Source: Azolla caroliniana (taxonomy: Eukaryota > Plantae > Polypodiophyta). From it: 64,000 nucleotides of DNA. The notes under the pieces were generated by a model. It saw nothing but the letters and a program-made list of their open reading frames with translations, did not search any database and was not told where the DNA came from. The DNA lies in the NCBI GenBank assembly GCA_043228905.1, contig JBHGNT010000012.1, forward strand, positions 20,336,001 to 20,400,000, written 5' to 3'. How positions within the stretch are numbered: the first letter of the stretch is position 1; each line of letters begins with the position of its first letter. A program made the position numbers and the translations under genes. Positions 1 through 12,126 of this stretch are shown in pieces.

Positions 1-1022
1 TCCCAACTACGTTGTAATACATATACGAACTAAATAGAATCTAGGATTCTCCCAATATGACCACGGTCCTCCACATGTCATGGAAGAACACACTCTCTCT
101 CTCTCTCTCTCCCAGTTGATGGGGTATTATGATATTACTGAAATCTCACACACAAGAGATCTCGAGTTTGAGTTTGGGTTCAAGTGTCTTTAAGTCACAA
201 AGTATTGTAGATGAAAAAATAATTATGATGTTCTACTATGGTCTTTCACTCACTCACTCTTGTCATATCGGGACTACAACCGAGAGTAGTAATCGTATTT
301 TATTATCTCACTACTCGGTCCAAATCTTACAAACTTCTTGTTTTACTACTAGATTGCGTGTAATATAAGGGATTGAATGTGTGGCATGTAGTTCTCCATT
401 GACAACCTACACAAATATTTATGGAGACTTGGATGTTTCTTCAAAGGTTGCACATGGCTTGCATGATGGTCATATTACCTCACATGCATGTGAAGTATCC
501 CTAGATGTATGTGTTATGATTCATGAACTTTCTATTGCTTGACAACCTCGATGATGATGGCAACATTTCTCTAAACCGTTTAATGCAACAGTTGATGAGT
601 TCTTACCTCCATGATGGTGTTTGGAACCATGATTTGTATATAATAATTGCTCATGGGTAGTTAGTTGGAAGGTTGTTACCATGTGCTTTAAGAATTGACA
701 TAGTGATTTTGATGACTGTACATTTGCTTGGTCTATTTGGGATCATGGAGACAATGTCAGTGCATTTGTGTACCCATGATCATTTTGTGATTACTGATCA
801 TGGTTTGTGGCTAGGCATGTTTGTGCGTAACTTCATTTTTATTTTTATTCCTTGGGCCTAATTTGCTTCATATGACAATGAAAACCTTCTATGGGATTGA
901 ACAAGGCATGCATAGCGTCTTAGTTCATTACGTTAATAGGACACTTTACTTTCTTCTAATAGTTCATGAACTCATTAATTGATCTTGGAAAAGTTGTGAT
1001 TTTGTGACATGACACTAATGTG

Positions 1023-1147
1023 TTACTCATGAATGTGTATCTACTCATATATCTTTCTATTGGGGCATTTGAGACATGATGGCCCTATACTCATGAATGT
1101 GTATCTACTCATATATCTTTCTATTGGGGCATTTGAGACATGATGGT
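1023..1147. repeat. 65-bp tandem duplication
   Basis: TACTCATGAATGTGTATCTACTCATATATCTTTCTATTGGGGCATTTGAGACATGATGG occurs at 1023 and 1088. Confidence 0.9.
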
Positions 1148-4100
1148 TCAATCATAGAAATATGTTGAGATGTTCAATACACATAACACATTCTTATCGA
1201 GGGAAACTTAATCTTATTACATTTAGAAAATCCTACCTATATGTATCCAACTATATTCTCTTAAGAGCAATCTACACATTTTGTACCAAGGATGTTAGAT
1301 ATTCCAAATCTAAAGCATGCCTCGAGCTCTTATTGGAATTTGTAATATATGAAATATCATGATGGTACAAAAGCATGCTAATGATCCTCATAAATACATT
1401 CATGGCAGGATATTGGATTATAATCACATCCAAGCATGCAAATGAAGACTTGTAATTTCATTCATGGGAGGATATTGGATCATGATCACCTCAACGAGGT
1501 CTCGACTCTCAACAACCCCATATTTTATCCATATCAATAACAAACTTGTATCACTAATCATTACTCTGTGTTTATCTCAGATAAAATTATGATTTGACAT
1601 AATCATGGTTGCTTGCTACTTGAACCCACAACTTTGATGTTGGAAAGCACTTACTTTCACATCACACATCTAGTTTGATGAATATATCACATTTGATTGG
1701 CACAAAGTACAAACTTTTGCAATTATGCATCTAACATAATGAATATATAGTTGGTCTTTTTTATTCTATTATGTCTTGTTAGATCTAATTGTGACATATC
1801 TCATCTACTAGTTGTATACAAGGATCAAATGAGTGTAATCATTTGGGATGCTTCTAATGAGTTTCTCAAATATATGGATGACCTTGCGTGACATTCATGC
1901 CCCCATATACACACGTCCTTACATTGTTCATCTTTAGTGCTTCCATAATGTAATTCCAAATCGTGCTCATGTGACTATCAAAGAGGTTATGGTCCTATGG
2001 AGCATTTCAAATTGACATCTTAAACACGTCTAATAATTGACATTCAAGGGTGATAAGACAAACACCATAACCTCTAATTATATGAATAAAAGTGGGAATG
2101 GATTATGATTTTAAACAAAGCTCTCTTTTGTGATAGGTATATTTCTATTTTTTTAGAATGAAATGTAATCATGCCTAGGAAATCTAGATATTTGCCAACC
2201 TAGGGAACAATTCTTTTTCTGTATTGAGGTATATGGATGGCCATCCTTAGAAATGACATCTTTTTTGAGGGTACACCTACACTTTGGGGCATAAACACCC
2301 AATTCTTAGCATAATACGAGATATGCAAAGTTCGCATTGTTGCACATATCATGTTCCTACATCCTATCAGGCTTTGACATTCATTAATGTTCAAGATTTG
2401 AAACTCCATTGCTAATGTGTACTACTTTGTTGCACCGACTTAACCATATTCTTGGCATGTGAGGGGTGTTGACATGGTAAATGACCAATCAATGTTATGT
2501 TGATTCCACGTATGTCCATTTGCTTGGGGCGCATTCATTTGGTGAGCAAGGGGCCAAACACGCTTCACAATTGGGAGGTGATATTTTTTGTCCATGATGG
2601 CATGCTTTTGACCCTGATTAATTAGCTTTTAAGAGTTTTCTTTTTTGCTCTCCACAATCCACCCACGAGTCATGAACATCAATACCCATCCATTCCATGT
2701 GCAACCATGTCATCATCTAAGTGTACCATCTTCACGAGAGAGCTTTTAACATTCACTACAATCAATGTACACGAAGAATCATACCCCTACATTCCATGTC
2801 ACAACTAACCGTATTGTCTACTAACCATACATTCATCGCATCTCTTGTGAACATACCATAACTTGCTATGCACATAGACATTTCTAATCATACCATTAGT
2901 TAGGACATTTTGACATGTGGTCAAGTGAAGGATTTTGTCCTTTGTTTATCAATCCATGAGACACTACAAACTTTTTGAGAGAAAAATAGAGTTTTGGTTT
3001 CTTTAATTGCTCACTTGAGCATGTCATATCATAATAAATTGTCGAATTTGCTAGTGAATGAATTGTGACTAATAACTTCAGAAGTAATACAACAAATCAT
3101 CCTATTCGACTTTAATAGATTTGATAGTGAACTAATACACCCCACATTGTCGTTACTTGAGTTATATCTTATTAGGAGCGTTAAAAAGTTTCATAACCGA
3201 ACAAGAATTCTTCATTTACTATGGAGAATGGAAATGACTTGAGTGTAGGATTTCAATAACTGATTTCCTTTCCTAATCGAAAAATATCCTTCTTTAAGCC
3301 CATAAAAGCTTGATGGGATTGCTTCTTCTTCGAGCAAGTAAATGTCTAGTTTTTGTACTTCTTCTCTTCATTTTACCAAGTAGACCGACTATAGTTGAAG
3401 AAGATATCAAGAGTCAACTCGTATCAACAAGTAGCTTGACAACTACTTAGTTGCCAACATGCCTTGAATGCTTTTACATATTAACCCGATTTATTTATGT
3501 AATTGTGGAAGCATTCCACATGTACATTTTCTGTGAGTTAACTTGGAGTGAGATGCTACACAAGGCCTATGTTATCCATGAGCTATAATTGTGCTCATCA
3601 TTTGCCATTTCTCACCAAAACGTTTAGTAGCTGCAATTCTTGCGTTGAATTTTCTTGCTTTGAGATTTCATTTTTAAGAGAAAGATGTTGCAAACATGAA
3701 TGCAACCTCGAATGATAGGCTTAGATATGTAGGATTTACATAATGGACATCACTAAAAATAGAAGGGCGTGAATATTTTCCCACTTCATGTATCTCTTGT
3801 TGATCGGTCGAACTAGTTGCATTACCTATTTGCTTTGTGGGAGGCTTCATGCGGTTTTAATCCAAATGAAGCGTTTAAATAGTCCTGTAGGCTTCATTCT
3901 TTATTTCTACCCTAATACAAAGAAAGTTATTAAATTGATTTTGTGTCTAGAAATGTTATAATGGGCAACATATGTTATATATTTGCTTTTTATGTTCCGG
4001 ACTTGTAATGTTATAAACACAAATACGCATGTATAACCTTTATCGTTAATGGTATACAATTCAATGGCTTCTTCTCCTTTTGTTTCTTGTACAATTTGTT

Positions 4101-5391
4101 AATGATGGTTTACAAATATTGTCACGAATTCGATTAGGATTGCACTTATTGTTGGCATTGGGCTAATACCATTACCGCAACATAAGTTATATATGCATAC
4201 AATAAATTAAGTATAATGTGATTCCATGGTTAGTTCATATAGTTGTGGTTATACTTATGACATCGACAATAAGATGCAGATCTGGTTGCACAATTGCATG
4301 ACTTCAATGTCGATGTGGTGGCTGGTCACAATTTTTGCAATATAAATTAAGAAAAGAGGAACAAGCAAGTCAAGGTAAATGTAACTCCTAACTCTCACCA
4401 TCACATATGGTACGAGCACAAAAATGAAGGGAAGCATCCTAGTTATGTTGCACTATTGTACTATAGTTAATTCCTTGAATTGTTATGTGAGAACCTTTGA
4501 TGTTGCCATCACAATATGGCCATGCTATTGATTGTATGATTTTGATGAAACGCGTGGGATCCCCTATGAACATTTATATACCCTAGTACAACATTGATCA
4601 TATTATTATGATGACAACCAATTCACAATAATAAGTTTGGTCTCAATAGTTATTGTAAAATATGATCCATTTGATGAACACTTGAAAGTTAGAAACCATA
4701 AATGTTTGCCTTTTTCTCACACTTTTAGGTTGAAGGTGCTCAAATATTTTGACAACATTGTCCTTTTATTCTTACCACGAGTCAATTGTGGTAAAGCTTA
4801 CTGTTTCTATCATTGTAAGTTGGATCAAAGTGTTGATGGAATCATAATTGTAGGTGTTGTTATTAGTGCTTTATATGATGCATCGATTGCGTCCTTCTCC
4901 CAATAACTACACACAAAGTTATCACCACACTAATCAAGCATACGTCTGCAAACTCTCAACAAGATTAGTTGAGTTTTGCTAGTCTAAGATTAAGAACTAA
5001 AATGAATATAATACAATCAGTGCACTACTAAGGAAGGACATATGGGAACATATCAAGCGTAGTTGTTTGCGAAAAACACTTCGATGATCATTGATCATAC
5101 ATACCAATGTGAAGTCATCCAGTGTCATCCTAACGTCAAGGCATGTACTCTTATGTATTCATATATGGCCATCCAAGGCACGTGCTCTTATGTATTTATA
5201 CATACACACATACACATACACATACACATACACAAGCACATACCCAAGCACATGCGCATACGCATATTATATATATGGACCAATGTCAAGTCATCTATTG
5301 TACAAAAACCAAATGGGTTAGGCGATGGGCGGGCTGAATGCCATGACGACAAATCAAAAGAGCTCCGATTCAGGGGTGGTGGCCATAGCCT

Positions 5392-5646
5392 TGGGCCTTG
5401 GCCCAGAAGAAGAAGAAGAAGAAGAAGAAGAAGAAGAAGAAGAAGAAGAAGAAAGAAGATAGAGAAGAGAGAAATAAGAAAGAAGAAGGAGAAGAAACAG
5501 TAACAGAAGGTGGTGGTGGTGCCTTCTTAAACGTCTCTTGTGTTATTTTTTTGCTGGGGGGGTGACACGTAGGACAGCCACGTCATCAGGCCATGTCAGC
5601 AGGGACGGATGAGGTGGCATGCGATGAGTGGGTGGCCGTTTATATG
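5392..5646 (+). promoter_or_regulatory. Candidate proximal promoter motifs of the LRR-RLK
   Basis: Two inverted Site II motifs TGGGCC (5392-5397, 5400-5405), ACGT cores (GACACGT ~5564, CCACGTCA ~5578), CCGTT (MSA core AACGG on the minus strand, ~5636) and TTTATAT ~5639 just before a (CT)n tract. Motif matches only. Confidence 0.35.
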
Positions 5647-5713
<67 letters not shown>

Positions 5714-5923
5714 GTGTCTGCATAGAAAACCAGCGTACCCAGAGAGTGAGGCACACACATCAAACGCATAGCAACCTTAATCCCCTCTTAATCTCCCCTT
5801 AATCCTCCCTTAATCTTCTCTTCACACACCCTTAATTCTCTGCTAATCCCTCCCCCTCTGCCCCCCCAATCTCTCTACCCGCCTCTTGCACCTTCCGCGT
5901 TGCTGCCTGCAGCTCGGAAGGCC

Positions 5924-8900
5924 ATGAAACCTCTACTTGCTTCGCACATTCTGCAGAGAATTCTCCCTTCTTCTTCGTCTTCATCATCGCCATCGCCATC
6001 GCCATCGCCATCCTTCTCCTTCTGTTTCTTCTTCTTCTTCTTCTTCTTCTTCGTCTCGCTTCCCGTCATTTCTGCTGCTTCTCGCGCCTCTGCAGCAGGA
6101 ACCAACGGCTATAACGATCGACGCCAGCAGCAACTCTCCGCCATCGCCATCGCCAATTCCAATTCATCATTCTCTTCTCCTTCTTCTGATGTCGTAGCTC
6201 TCCTCGCCGTGAAAGCATCTCTGAGAGATCCTCGCGGCCTCCTGTCGTCGTGGAAAGCTTCAGGAAACAGCGGCGGAGGTAATTCTACGTATAATGCAGC
6301 TTGTGAGGGGAAATGGTTGGGCGTGAAGTGTGATTCAGGGAAGGTCATAGCTCTCCATCTCCCAAGCAAAGGTCTGAGTGGAACCCTAGCAGCAGAGATA
6401 GGAGACCTTCCGTCTCTGAGACAGCTCAGTCTGCACAGCAACGCCATAGCTGGTCCCATCCCTTCTTCCATCTCTTCCCTGCGAAACCTTCGCGGTCTTT
6501 ACCTCTTCAAAAACCTTTTCTCCGGCTCCATCCCAGCCACGTTTTCTCCTGTTCTGCAAGCACTTGACCTAAGCAAGAATCGCCTGTCTGGGCCGATTCC
6601 ATCAGAGATCGCTTCGTCTGCTCTTCTTCGTCGCCTTGACCTAAGCTACAACAGTCTGTCTTCTACCATACCTTCCTCCCTTGCTTCTCTAGCTCGCCTT
6701 CAGACTCTGATCCTCAGCCATAACCAGATACTCGGCCCCATACCCCCTCACCTCGCTCAAGAGCTCCCTTACCTTCAGATTCTCGACCTCTCTCACAACC
6801 TTCTTAACGGCTCCTTCTCAGTGTTTAACGATGAAGCCATGCCGACCGATTCGGCTTCGCTTTCTTCTAGCAGCAGTCTGCGAGCCCTTAACCTCTCCTT
6901 TAATGGCTTCACAGGGCCTTTGCCTTCCGAGCTCGGCGAATTGACCATGCTTCTCAACCTCGACCTGAGCCACAACGACTTCTCTGGCCCAATTCCTGCA
7001 GAGTTGGGGAACATATCCGGCTTGTCTTCATTAGACATCTCGCACAACAATCTCAGTGGCCATATTCCTTCGTCCTTCACGAAGCTAACCAACCTCACCG
7101 TTTTCAACTGTTCCTACAACAGCCTCACAGGAGAGGTACCGAAGCTCAGCCATTCTTTCGACGACAGTGCATTCTCAGGAAACCTTGGATTATGCGCGTT
7201 CTCTTCCAGCTCGCCATGTCCCACATTCGCTGAAGCTCCTTCCCCGAGTGGGATAAGTGGGGCTAGCCAGACGAGCACCTCTACTGCGTCGTCGTCTTCG
7301 TCACACCAATCTCGGAAGAAGAAGCTGAGCGTTCTAGCTATGGCGTTCATCATCGTGGGGGCAGTGATCGTGGTTCTTCTGACCGTGTGTCTTTGCTCCG
7401 CGCTTCTGGTGTGTTGCTTCAGGAGATGGGAAGTAAGCAAGGGAGGAGGAGGCGTGGTGTTGAAAGGATCAATGGAGGAAGATCAGAAGGGCTATGGAGA
7501 AGGAAGAAGAAGAAGAAGGGATGAAGACGACGTGCTGATGGGAGGGAAACTGGTTCATTTCGAAGGATCTGTGGGCTTCAGTGCCAACGATTTGCTGTGC
7601 GCAACGGCGGAGGTGCTCGGGAAGAGCACGTATGGAACTGTGTACAAGGCGACGATGGAGGACGGTCATCAGGTTGCTGTGAAGAGGCTGAGGGAAGGGA
7701 TCGTGGTGAAGAACCAGAAGGATATGGAGGATGAGGTTAGGTCCCTTGGTTCTATTCGGCACCCAAATCTGCTGTCCCTCAGGGCCTTCTACTGGGGACC
7801 GAAAGACGAGAAGCTTCTGATCTTCGATTTCATGCAAGGCGGAAGCTTAGCTGCATTCATCCATGGTAATTTCTCTTCTTCTTTCTTCTAATCTGTGAAA
7901 CGATATCTCTGCTTCTCCGTCTTCTAGCTATGGTTCTTTGAATTCCTTAGCTTGTTTGATTGTCTCTATCCTTACGTTTGTTTCTTCCTAGGCTATGATA
8001 ACTCCAGTTCATTTTGAATCGAATTTGCGCTGTCTGGCTATGGTAATTCGAGTTCATTCGCAAAGTCATTCGTTTGGTTCTCTCTCTCTCTCTCTTCCTT
8101 TTTTTTGGTAACTCGTGGTCTTATTTCTTCTTCGTCTGTCTGCAGAACTATTAATCCTGTAACCTAATTATTCTCTTCAATACTGCATTGCTTCTTTCTG
8201 TTTCTTTCTGTTCTCTGGCTATGCCACCATCGTCATGCTTTCTCCCTGGTTCCATTATCTTTCATTGTCTTTTTTAGTTTTGGCTATGCAGCTCGAGATT
8301 CCGAGACGCCTATTAGTCCTGTATAGAATTCTCTTCATTAACTGCATTGCTTCTTTCTGTTCTCTGGCTATGCCACCTTCATGTTTTCTTCCTGTTTCCA
8401 TCTTCTTTCATTGTCTGGTTGAGTTGGCTATGTCGTAATCTTTCTTTCTTTCTTTCTTTCTCTTTCTCTTTCTCTCTCTCTCTCTTTCACCTTGATGTTG
8501 ATGATGATCTGGCTATGGCTGTGTGCAGCACGTAACCTTTCTTTCTTTCTTTCTTTCATCTTGATGTTGATGATGATCTGGCTATGGCTGTGTGCAGCTC
8601 GTAACCTTTCTTTCTTTCTCTCTTTCATCTCCACGTTGATGATGATATGCCTATGGTTATGGCTGTGCAGCTTTCTTTCTTTCTTTCTTTCTCATTTTCA
8701 TCTTGATATTGATGACGATCTGGCTATGGCTATGGCTATGGCTGTGACTGTGCAGCTCGAGGTCCCGAGACGCCATTGACCTGGCCGACGAGGATGAACA
8801 TAGCAGTTGGGGCAGCCAGAGGCCTGGCTCACCTCCATGACCGAGAGGCCACGATCCATGGGAACTTGACGTCGAGCAACATCCTCATCGATGGCCACCT

Positions 8901-9411
8901 TAACCCTAAAATCTCCGATTTCGCTCTCTTCCGCCTCATGACACAGGCGGCCAACTCCACTGCCATAGCCGCGGCTGGAGCTTTGGGTTACACTGCACCC
9001 GAGCTCACCAAGCTGCGGAGAGCTACTCCCAAGTCTGATGTATACAGTTTCGGCATCGTCTTGCTCGAGCTCCTTACAGGGAAGGCCCCTTCTGAAGCCA
9101 TTACCCCTAGCTATGGCTACGGCTCTAGCCAGACTACCAGTTCTGATGCAGATGCAACTGCTGGTGCCATGGATCTTCCTGAATGGGTCGCTTCTGTTTT
9201 GAAACATCAATGGACTCATGAAGTCTTTGATGCTGAGCTCATGAAAGGTCGCCATGGCGGTCCTGCTAGCGATGAAGAGCTCATCAATACCCTGCAAGTG
9301 GCTATGGCGTGTGTTAAGCACTCCCCCATGGATCGGCCCGACATCTCTGAGGTTGTGCGGCAGCTCGAACAGATCAGACCAGAGCTTAAGCAATCCATGC
9401 GTGAGAAATGA
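5924..9411 (+). CDS. LRR receptor-like kinase, LRR-III / IMK2-IMK3-like, atypical kinase domain. Exons 5924-7865 and 8756-9411
   Basis: ATG 5924, hydrophobic signal segment, LRRNT ([15 protein letters not shown]), about 10 LxxLxLxxNxLxGxIP repeats, TM helix ([18 protein letters not shown]), then [34 protein letters not shown] typical of IMK2-like kinases. A phase-1 GT..AG intron (7866-8755) restores [17 protein letters not shown]. Stop at 9409-9411. Confidence 0.93.
8435..8755 (+). repeat. Four tandem 66-94 bp intronic units each ending in GATGATCTGGCTATGGCTGTGTGCAG-like sequence
   Basis: Units end in CAG at 8528, 8597, 8670 and 8755. The first three begin with GTAA(T/C)C followed by (TTTC)n. 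Confidence 0.9.
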
Positions 9412-9552
9412 ATGGAAGAATTCAAAAGGTTACAGGAGCTGAAACATGGATTAATAGTTAGTGTCAAAGCAAGAATGGAAGAGGAATGAAGGAAGAAGAA
9501 GAAGAAGACCACGTGCTATGGACAGACAGATTCTAGATGTGTATTGAAAGCT

Positions 9553-9584
<32 letters not shown>

Positions 9585-11820
9585 GAGTAACCAACCTTAA
9601 GCTCACCATTAATCCTGTTTTTTGAGTACAGACCTTTAAGGTCGCCATTGATTCTGTCCAGAGTTGCTTCAGAGTGTGACCACCATTATATATATAAAAC
9701 TAACTAACCTTTATAAAGCTCCGCCATTGATGCTGTCCGTCCTTGAACTAGAACCATCCTCCCATCTTTTCTTTACTGAGAAGGAAGAATTACTCAGTCA
9801 GTAGTTGTAATCAAAACCAGAACACACATATCGTCGTCATTCTTTTGTTTCCATCGCCATTTGTTTCCTCTGCGTTCCAACCCTAAACCCTATGTCTGTA
9901 ACTGCTGTTGTTGTGATACAATTTACAAATCAATGTATTCTTTCTTTTCATATCATCATGTTTCTCTGTTGGCATATCAACAACATACACACACATAGTA
10001 TGAATCATACGTGACATACGTGCATTCGCATACTCGAATGTTTCAATCATTCGAGTGTGGTAAGTATGTACCATATTTTTGTATTCATTATTTTTTTTAT
10101 AAGGTAAAATTATTTTTAAGGTAAAGAAAGTTGAGGTAAAAAGTGTAAAAACAAATTAAGAATGTTTCGATAACATATGCATTCGTCTCCATTCGTATGA
10201 AAATGAATGTTTGCCAATGCATTCGAGTATATTATGTATTATGCATAACACATATACATTTTACATATACATATCCTGTATCCATATATGTACAATGTAC
10301 ATAAAGATATCTACATACAGATACAGATATTTCTGTTGGTTAGTAGTAGTATTGATTCCGAAGTGCGCTGGATGTATTATTACGTGCTTGGCGTGTTTGC
10401 TTTGCTATGTACCATACGATGATTGTAAACTTTGTGTATGATACATTGTGTATGTCCACAATTTATACATAAAGAGAGGTTAGAAGTGTTCTCGGTGTGT
10501 ATGAAATGGTTCGATGATTTGGTACACAAGGTTGGTGGATAGGATTGGACATACAAACCTAGGGCAAATATATCAGTTCTTATATGTATACTATATACCC
10601 TTGGTGAGTGTGAGTAATGTCCATCGTACCATTATCCCTTCCCCAAAAAGGCAATGTAATTTAATGTCTTGTATAGTGACAATGGATGGGAAGACGCCTT
10701 CCCTATGTCACTAGAGTCAAAGAAGCATTATTACAAATTTTTAGATGTACTGTATACTATATGATATCCGAGGCGAATATCACTGTTTGTTCTACGAATT
10801 GGGGGGGGGGGGGGGGGGGGGGGGGTGGGGGTTGGACCGTTGCACAGTGTGTTGTGCCTTGCATGCAATTTAAGGATCGCTTTACGATCTCATGGAGCTT
10901 TGAAGACTCTCATTTTATCTCGATTGTGCTTGACATGGACAACTTCGTGAATGAATTCTCATCAATATCAAGTACTTGCTCAATAAAAAAAACTCCCTAA
11001 AGATTTCACAGAGCAACCAAAATGAGTCCTAACTGATTTCATATTTCAAATGTAAATATGGCTTCGGCTTATGAATTTACCAACAAATTAATCTCCCTCT
11101 CTAGATACACATACCATTGCATATCCATGTGAGAAGCAATCAAACACCCCTTGTTTATACCATGTTGAGTGGTACTTCAAATGCATTAAGAGGCCACTAA
11201 TAGTGCGGATGCTTGAATCCTACGTCCCCGTGGACAAAATCAGAAATCCAGGTTACATGGGGGACATTTCGGCTGCGGCGAGCAAATTCCTAAGGTTACC
11301 AATTGAAGTGCTCGAAATTTCTAATTGAGTAGAAAGAGGCTTCTCTAGGAGGCGGCGATGCATGGAAATCACTACTACTACTAGCAATAAGGCCGAGGAA
11401 GCTCCCATTCGAAAAATGTGAGAAAGCACCCAACATACAAACGCCATCTTTAATTTAAAACAAAGGGCCAATGTGAAACTACTAAACAAGAAAGGCTTCT
11501 CAAACCTAGTTAATGTCCACCATGGTGATACATGGAAAGCGCACACACAATGTCTATATATATAATACATAAATACATAAATACACACACACATTTTCAT
11601 ACATACATACATACATACCTAAAATAGAAACAAAACCTAAAACAGGCAAGGGAGAAAGATGAAAGAAAGAAAGAAAGAGATATTAACGTCTTCTAAGACC
11701 AAAATTGGCAGCCCTTTCCCTATAAGTGGACTAACATTCCAAAAAGAGAAACAAAACCTAAAACAGGCAAATCCTCTCTGCAGAGCTTCATTCTCCATTT
11801 GCTCTTCCATGGCTACCAGG

Positions 11821-11859
<39 letters not shown>

Positions 11860-12126
11860 CTTTCGTTCATACTGCCTGTGTGTATGTACTTCTCCATTTG
11901 CTCTCGTTTCGCCATGGCTACCAGGAAAATGGAGAAGGAATCTCTTGCTTCGTTTGTATTCTCGTATGCACCTCTTTTTAAGGCATGTCTTCCTTCTTCT
12001 TTTTTCTCTCTCCGTTTCGATTTTCAGGTAAAGCTTTCTTTTCTCACGCTTTCCTTCAATTCTCTCTGCCTCTCTTTCTCTATCGTTTCTCAAATGCTGT
12101 TTGATTATTTGATCCGTTTCTCTCAG

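Noticed and set aside
1800-4900. Possible CACTA or other transposase remnants (DMCNN..CPK on the minus strand ~2280-2350)
   Set aside because: Too decayed to assign by eye. It would need a TE-protein tblastn or HMM search.
5063-5802. ORFs with poly-R, HT and ER/LS repeats
   Set aside because: They are translations of (AGA)n, (CATACA)n and (CT)n microsatellites in the promoter region.
5875-9512. Long antisense or alternative-frame ORFs over the RLK (and 53178-53726 over the MAPKKK)
   Set aside because: Shadow ORFs of GC-richer coding exons with no recognisable domains.
10800-10832. Poly-G run as a functional G-quadruplex
   Set aside because: Homopolymer G/C runs are frequent across this window and their length is error-prone. 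There is no supporting context.
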